The notes under the pieces are model-generated. The model saw nothing but the letters and a program-made list of their open reading frames with translations, was not told the DNA's origin and did not search any database. A DNA stretch of 64,000 bases from contig JABVCE010000025.1 of assembly GCA_014905635.1 (NCBI GenBank), positions 372,001 to 436,000 on the forward strand, in the 5' to 3' direction. Position 1 is the first letter of the stretch, and each line of letters begins with the position of its first letter. Of the stretch, positions 58,618 through 64,000 are shown in pieces. The position numbers were made by a program, and so were the translations under genes. Source of the stretch: Scenedesmus sp. PABB004 (Eukaryota).

Positions 58618-59757
58618 TCAGCTCGCCGGCGGCGCCTGCTGCTGCCCCCCGCCCGCGCCGCCGCCCGGCGCGGCGGCCTCGACCGCGGCGGCGAGCCGCC
58701 GCGCGAGCACTGCGTTCATTAGCCCCGGGTTGACGCGCCCCGCACTGACCTTCATGACCTGGCCCGTGAAGAAGCCCGCGAGCTTGGTCTTGCCCGCCAC
58801 GTACTGCAACAGCTGCCCCGGGTTGGCGGCGAGCACGCCGTCGACCATCGCCTCCACCGCAGACTCGTCTGCCGGACGCGGCCGCGGCGGACGCGGCCGC
58901 GGCGGGTGTTTGCGTGCGCGCGCGCGCGCACACGGCGGCTGCGCGCGCGCAGCGGCGGCTGCCGGCGGGCGGCCGCCGCCCCGCGCCGGCGCGCACCCGA
59001 GATCTGGCCGAGGCCCTCCGCCTCGACAAACGCGGCCACGCCGGCGGCCGCCTCGCCGTCGAGCAGGCGGGGCAGCAGGTCCTTGGCGATCTTGCCGCTG
59101 ATGGCGCCGCTCTCAATGAGCGAGATCGTCTCGGCCAGCGCGGCGGGCGAGAGCGCGAGGCCGTCCATGCCGACCTTGCGCTCCTGGGAGCGGCGCGCGG
59201 GCGGGGGCGGGGCGGCGGGCGGCGGCGTGAGGGCGGCGGCGCGCCGCGCGAGCGCGGCGTGCGCGGGCGAGGGAGGGAGGGGAGGGGAGGGTGTGCGGGG
59301 GGCGCGCGGGCTGTCAGCACCCAGTTTGAGGCGGCCGGCACTGCCGCCGGCCGGCCGCCAAACTCTGGCGTGCTGCGGGGGTCGCTCTCGCTCCAAAGGA
59401 AGCCGGGTAGCCCACGGGGGTGGGGCGCACCAGCCCTAGTAGGAGCGTTGTGCGTGCGCGCAGCGCCCCGGCGTGGCGCGGCGCGGCGCGCGCGACGGAC
59501 GAGACGCCGCGCGGGCGGGAACGAGGCCTCGGCGGGCGGGGCCGCGCGGGGGCGCGCGCGCACCTTGCAGGCGGCCATGAGGTCGCCCATGACCCAGTTC
59601 GCCGCCGCCTTGGCCGGCGCGCCCGCGGCGAGCGCCGCGTCAAAGTAGTCTGACGTGGAGAGCTCGTCCGCGAGGATGAGCACGTCCGCGCGCGGCAGGC
59701 CGAGCGAGAGGTAGCGCGCGCGCTTGGCCACGGGCAGCTCCGCCAGCGACGCCTGCC

Positions 59758-59788
<31 letters not shown>

Positions 59789-61798
59789 GGCGTGGGCGCA
59801 GCGGGGGCGTAGCGCCAGAGCGGCGGCGGGGGGCGGGTGCGGCAGCGGGGCGGCGGGTGCGGCGCTGCTGGTGCTGCTGGCGGTGGCGGTGGCGGTGTGC
59901 GGGCTGCTGGTGCTGCTGGCGGTGGCGGTGTGCGGCGCACCTTGACCTCCTCGATCTGCGCGTCGGTGATCTCCAGGTCGGGCAGGTCAGGCTCGGGGAA
60001 GTACCTGCGGTCCGGACGACCGGAAGGTCAGGTTCAGGGGCCGTCGGGGCCGCGGGCGCGGCGGGCGCGGCGGGCGCAGCGCGCGCGGCGGGCGCGGCGC
60101 GCGCGGCGCGCGCGGCGGGCGCGGCGGGCGCGGCGGGCGCGGCGGGCGCGGCGGGCGCGGCGGGCGCGGCGGGCGCGGCGGGCGGCGGGCCGGCGCGCGC
60201 GCTCACCGGTAGTCTGCGAGGCCCTCCTTGGTGCGCATGCTCGTCGTCTCCTGCTTCGCCTCGTCCCACAGCCGCGTCTCCTGCGCGACCTCGGCGCCGC
60301 GCCCCGCCTCGAGCAGCGACACCTGGCGCTGGATTTCAAACTCGATCGCCTTTTGCATGTTGGCAAAGCTGTTCATGTTTTTGACCTCGACCTTGGTGCC
60401 GAACGCGGCCGCGCCGGCGCAGCGCACGCTGACGTTGACGTCGCAGCGCATGCTGCCCTCCGCCATGTTGCCGTCGCTGATGCCGAGCGCGCGGACCACG
60501 CGGCGCAGCTCCGCGCCGTACGCCGCCGCGTCGCGCGCGGAGCGCATGTCCGGCTCGCTCACAATCTCCAGCAGCGGCACGCCTGCGCCCGGGCGCGCGG
60601 GGGAGCGGCCGCGCGCGCGCCGGCGCCGGCCGCGTCGGCAGAGAGAGGCCGGGCGGGGGCGGGGGCGGGGCCCGCCGCCGCGCGCGGGCGCGGCCGGCGC
60701 GGCAGCGGCGGCGCACCCGCGCGGTTGTAGTCCACCAGCGTGTGGCTGCTCCCCGACAGCGCGTCGGCGCCGCCGTGCACGTTTTTGCCCGCGTCCTCCT
60801 CCAGGTGCGCGCGCGTCACGCCGAAGCGCTTGGTGCCCTCTGCGCGCCGCGGCGGCGCCGGCGGGGGCGCCATGAGCACGGCGCGCCCTGCTCGCGCCGC
60901 CGCCGCCGCCGGTGCCGCCGCTGCGGCCGCCGCGCTGCCCGCGCCGCCGTCACCGGCCGGGCGCGCGCTGCTGAGCACCCGCGGCGGCGCACGCACGCAC
61001 ACGCACACACGCACGCGCGCGCACCCGGCGTGTCAACCTCCAGGTAGCCGCCCGAGCAGACGGGCAGGTCGTACTGGCTGATCTGGTAGCCCTTGGGCAG
61101 GTCGGCGTAAAAGTACTGCTTGCGGTCAAACTTTGACCGCCGCGCGATGTCCGCGTTGAGCGCGAGGCCCGCGCGTATCGCGAGCGTCACCGCCTCGGCG
61201 TTCAGCACCGGCAGCGAGCCCTGCGCGCGCGCAGCGGGCGCTCAGCAGGCGCAGCGGCGACCGGCCGGCCGCCCGCGGCGTGTGGGCCGCGGGCGCCGGC
61301 AGCCGCCGCGGCCGGCGCCGCAGTGTGCCGCGCCGCTGCGGCCGGCGCCGCAGTGTGCCGCGCCGCTGCGGCCGGCGCCTCCAGCGCGCCCGCCCCGCGC
61401 GTGCGCACCGGGTGGCCCATGCACACGGGGCAGATGTTGGTGTTGGGCTCGTTGCCGTATTGGTTGGCGCAGCTGCAGAAAGCCTTGGTGCGCGTGAGCA
61501 GCTGCACGTGCGTCTCGATGCCGATCACGGCCTCATACTCCTGCGCCGCCGGCGCCGACACGTGCTCCGCCGCCGGCGCTGCTGCTGCTGCTGCTGCGAC
61601 GCTGCTCGCGGCGCGCCGCTGCTGCTGCTGCTGGTGGTGCTGCGCCTGCTGGCTGCGCGGGGCCAGCGCGCGCGCGCCGCCGCCGCGCGCGACGGCGGCT
61701 GCTGCTGCGGCCGCCGCTGCGCCGTGTGGCCGGAGCAGCAGGCGCATGCATTGGCCGCTGCGCAGCACGGGCGCCCTCAGCATCCCGCTGGCGTTCAT
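58618..61798 (-). CDS. gatB: Glutamyl-tRNA(Gln) amidotransferase subunit B, organellar
   Basis: [102 protein letters not shown]. Confidence 0.97.
59309..59449 (-). ncRNA. Intronic box H/ACA snoRNA candidate in gatB
   Basis: Two hairpins (CGCUCC...GGAGCG and CAGCAC...GUGCUG), a degenerate hinge AGAGCGA and a terminal ACA. The 5' pocket UACUAGG/UUCCU is complementary to SSU rRNA AGGAA-UN-CCUAGUA. Confidence 0.7.
60052..60186. repeat. GCGGCGGGC 9-mer minisatellite in a gatB intron
   Basis: About 14 near-identical 9-bp units. Confidence 0.9.
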
Positions 61799-62323
61799 CG
61801 CGGCGGCCCCAGGCGATCAGCGGGCGGGCCGCGCGCAGGCGGGATGTTGCTGCTGGGGTGCTGCTGCTGCGGGGCGGCAAGACGCGCCGCAGCGCGCGCA
61901 CGTGTTCAAGCGTGAGTGCTGAGCACGCGGGATTGCGCTGGCAGCAGCGCGCGCCCGGCAGGTGACTGTTAGGCACGTTGCGAGTTGCGACGCCGGCAAA
62001 TACCGGCAGCAAACCTCGCACGCCGGCGACGCGCGGCTCGGCACTGTGCACATTAAGCGCAGCCTGACTCCGCCAGCCCAGCGCCCCGCGTCGCGCCAGC
62101 AGCGGCCTGGGCCAGGCATCGTGCAGCGCGCGCCCACCCCCCGCGCGGCGTTCGCCGGCCTGGCAGCTGCGATTCGGAGCTTTCTAATTAGTGGCTGACG
62201 CCTGGCCACACCCGCGGGGGCCGCGGCGGCGCGCAGCGCTGCCGAGGGGAGCAGCAGCGTGCCAGCCCACTGCCAGTCGGCGTGGGCGGCACGCAAGCTG
62301 CCGGGCGGGCGGCCGGGGAGCTC

Positions 62324-62329
62324 TTATAT
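62324..62329 (+). promoter_or_regulatory. TATA-like element upstream of the lipase gene
   Basis: TTATAT in very GC-rich context, ~80 nt before the ATG at 62407. Confidence 0.4.
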
Positions 62330-62406
62330 GCTACTGCCGCGCTGAGTCGCGCGCGCGCGGAGCCTGAGCGCCTGCGCGCGCGCGCGCGCGTGGCGTGGCG
62401 GGCAGC

Positions 62407-64000
62407 ATGGCGTTCGCCAAGGCTGCGCACGTCAGCGGCTTCCAGAGCTTGCGAGTGAGTCGAGAGACGACTGACGCGCGCCCTGGCATGCCCTGGAGCC
62501 GGCCGTTGCAGCCCGCCCGCGCTCACCCGGGCGCCGCCGCCGCGCAGGAAACGATGGAGCGCTGCGCGCTCATCGTGTCCGAGGCCTACGCCAAGCCGCC
62601 GGAGGAGCTCGAGATCTACGAGGGCGAGCTGCCACCGGGGCACCGCGCGAGCGACCGGCGCCAGCGGTGCGTGGCTGCCTGGCGCCGCGGCTGCCTGGCA
62701 CCGCCGCCCGCAGCTGGTCGCCCCGCCCCTCCGCCGCCGCCGCCGCGGCTGCCGCTGCTCTCCCGCTCACACCGCCGCGCCCGCGCGCGCCCCCGCGCGC
62801 CCGGCGGCGGCGGCGCGCCCACAGGTACTGGGTGACCGAGGCCGGCGGCGACATGGTCGTCGCGCTGCCCGGCACGACGCACCCGCTCGACTGGTCGTCC
62901 AACATGCGCGTGCACTACGTGCCCATCGACCGCGCCGACGTGCCGCCGGAGCGGCTTGAGGAGGTGCCCTGCGCGCACGCTGGCTTCTACTTCCGCGCCG
63001 AGACGGTGCCCACGCTGGGCCTGCTCGCGCGCGCGGCGGCGCGCGGCTGCCGCCTCGTGCTCACGGGGCACAGCCTCGGCGGCGCGGTCGCCAACCTGTG
63101 CGCGCTCACGGCGCTGGAGGCGCAGAAGAAGGCGCTCGCCGCGGCCGAGGACGCGGCGGGCGCCGCGCTGCCGCCCGCCGCGGCGCGCGGCGCGGCGGCC
63201 GCGCGCGCGCGCGCCGCGGGGCGCTGCGCCTGCGCCGGCTACACCAGCGACGCAGCCAACCACAGCTGCTGCAGCAGCAACAGCGACATCATCGTCGGCC
63301 CCGCGGCCGCGCTCGTGGAGGTGCTGTGCGTGTCGTTCGCGTCGCCGATCTTTGCCAACGCCGCGCTCGCCGCGCACATCGACGACAACGGCTGGGTCGA
63401 AAACTTTGTCAACGTCGTGGTCCCGGGTGCGCCCCGCCCCGCCCCGCCTGCACGGCGCCGCAATGCCGGGGGGAACGGGCGGCGGGGTGCTCTGCGGCGC
63501 GCTCGCCGCGGCCCGCGGCCCGCTCACGCCGCGCGCCGCCGGGCGCGCCGCGCCGCCGTGCTCACAGAGGACTACTGCCTGAAGCTCTTCAACAACGTCC
63601 TCACCTCCGCAGAGCCGGCGGCCTCGTCGCGCAGCTCCAGCAGCGGCAGCCTGCGGGGCAGCAAGCTGGCGAGCGACTTTGCGGAGGGGCTGCCCGACGA
63701 ACCCGACGAACCGCCGCCGCCGCCGCCCGCGGCGGCGCCCGCGGCGTTCGGGCCTGCGGAGCGCGCCGCGGCGGCGCCGCCCTGCCCGGCGGCGCGCGCG
63801 AGCAGCAGCAGCTGCAGCGGCAGCGGCGACTGCGGCGACGGCGACCCGCCCGCGCCGCGCCACAGCTACAACGGCCAGGCGCCCGGCCAGCCCCTGGTCA
63901 GCGCGTTGGCGGGCAAGGGCGGCGCCCGTCGCGCGCGAGGCAAGCGCCAGCTCAGCTTCGCACAACCCGTGCGCGGCGCCCATGCCGACGGCGGCGGCGA
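62407..64000 (+). CDS. Class 3 lipase (alpha/beta hydrolase), runs off the window
   Basis: VVALPGTTHPLDW, AHAGFY, LVLTGHSLGGAVA, CVSFASPIFAN, FVNVV. Confidence 0.85.

Noticed and set aside
5911..61798. Apparent clustering of translation/RNA-modification genes (DHS, TRM6, ADAT1, SF3B5, USP36-like, GatB)
   Set aside because: They are interspersed with unrelated genes on both strands, and housekeeping genes are common. There is no evidence of a functional cluster.
1..64000. Hundreds of long overlapping Arg/Ala/Pro/Gly-rich ORFs in the six-frame track, including antisense ORFs over 700 aa
   Set aside because: These are expected from stop-codon scarcity at extreme GC. The real genes are spliced and occupy only parts of these frames.
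1..64000. Transposons, viral insertions, tRNA or rRNA genes
   Set aside because: I saw no transposase, RT or capsid motifs, no compositional island and no cloverleaf. The short rRNA-matching stretches are explained as snoRNA guides.

Overview
Very GC-rich, gene-dense, intron-rich eukaryotic nuclear DNA. The features fit a chlorophyte green alga, probably Sphaeropleales/Selenastraceae-like: TGTAA poly(A) signals, GTGCG/GTGAG donors, GCAG acceptors, plastid transit peptides and a close KLP1 homologue. That taxon assignment is an inference. About 25 spliced protein-coding genes can be reconstructed: SAM methyltransferase, SURF1, 2OG-Fe(II) oxygenase, deoxyhypusine synthase, GCP4, TRM6, UROD, a large membrane metallophosphoesterase, an F-box/DUF3506 protein, an LRR protein, LITAF, an SLC35F6-like transporter, kinesin-9 KLP1, ADAT1, SF3B5, a type II thioesterase, DapB, a coiled-coil protein, an XEG113-like GT77, PMM, a USP36/UBP23-like DUB, a DnaJ-type zinc finger protein, GatB, a class 3 lipase and one hypothetical gene. 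Most ORFs in the supplied track are GC-driven artefacts. The most interesting signals are invisible to the ORF track. (i) Three intron-encoded snoRNA candidates have identifiable rRNA targets: two box C/D RNAs in the USP36-like gene, one with coordinated non-canonical boxes (GUGACGA/CCGA), and one H/ACA RNA in gatB. (ii) GC-AG introns are unusually frequent. (iii) An intact flagellar central-pair kinesin lies only ~127 bp downstream of ADAT1, a possible bicistronic locus. Several apparent 1-2 nt frameshifts in G/C runs suggest assembly indels. CDS coordinates are whole gene spans including introns and were inferred by hand.
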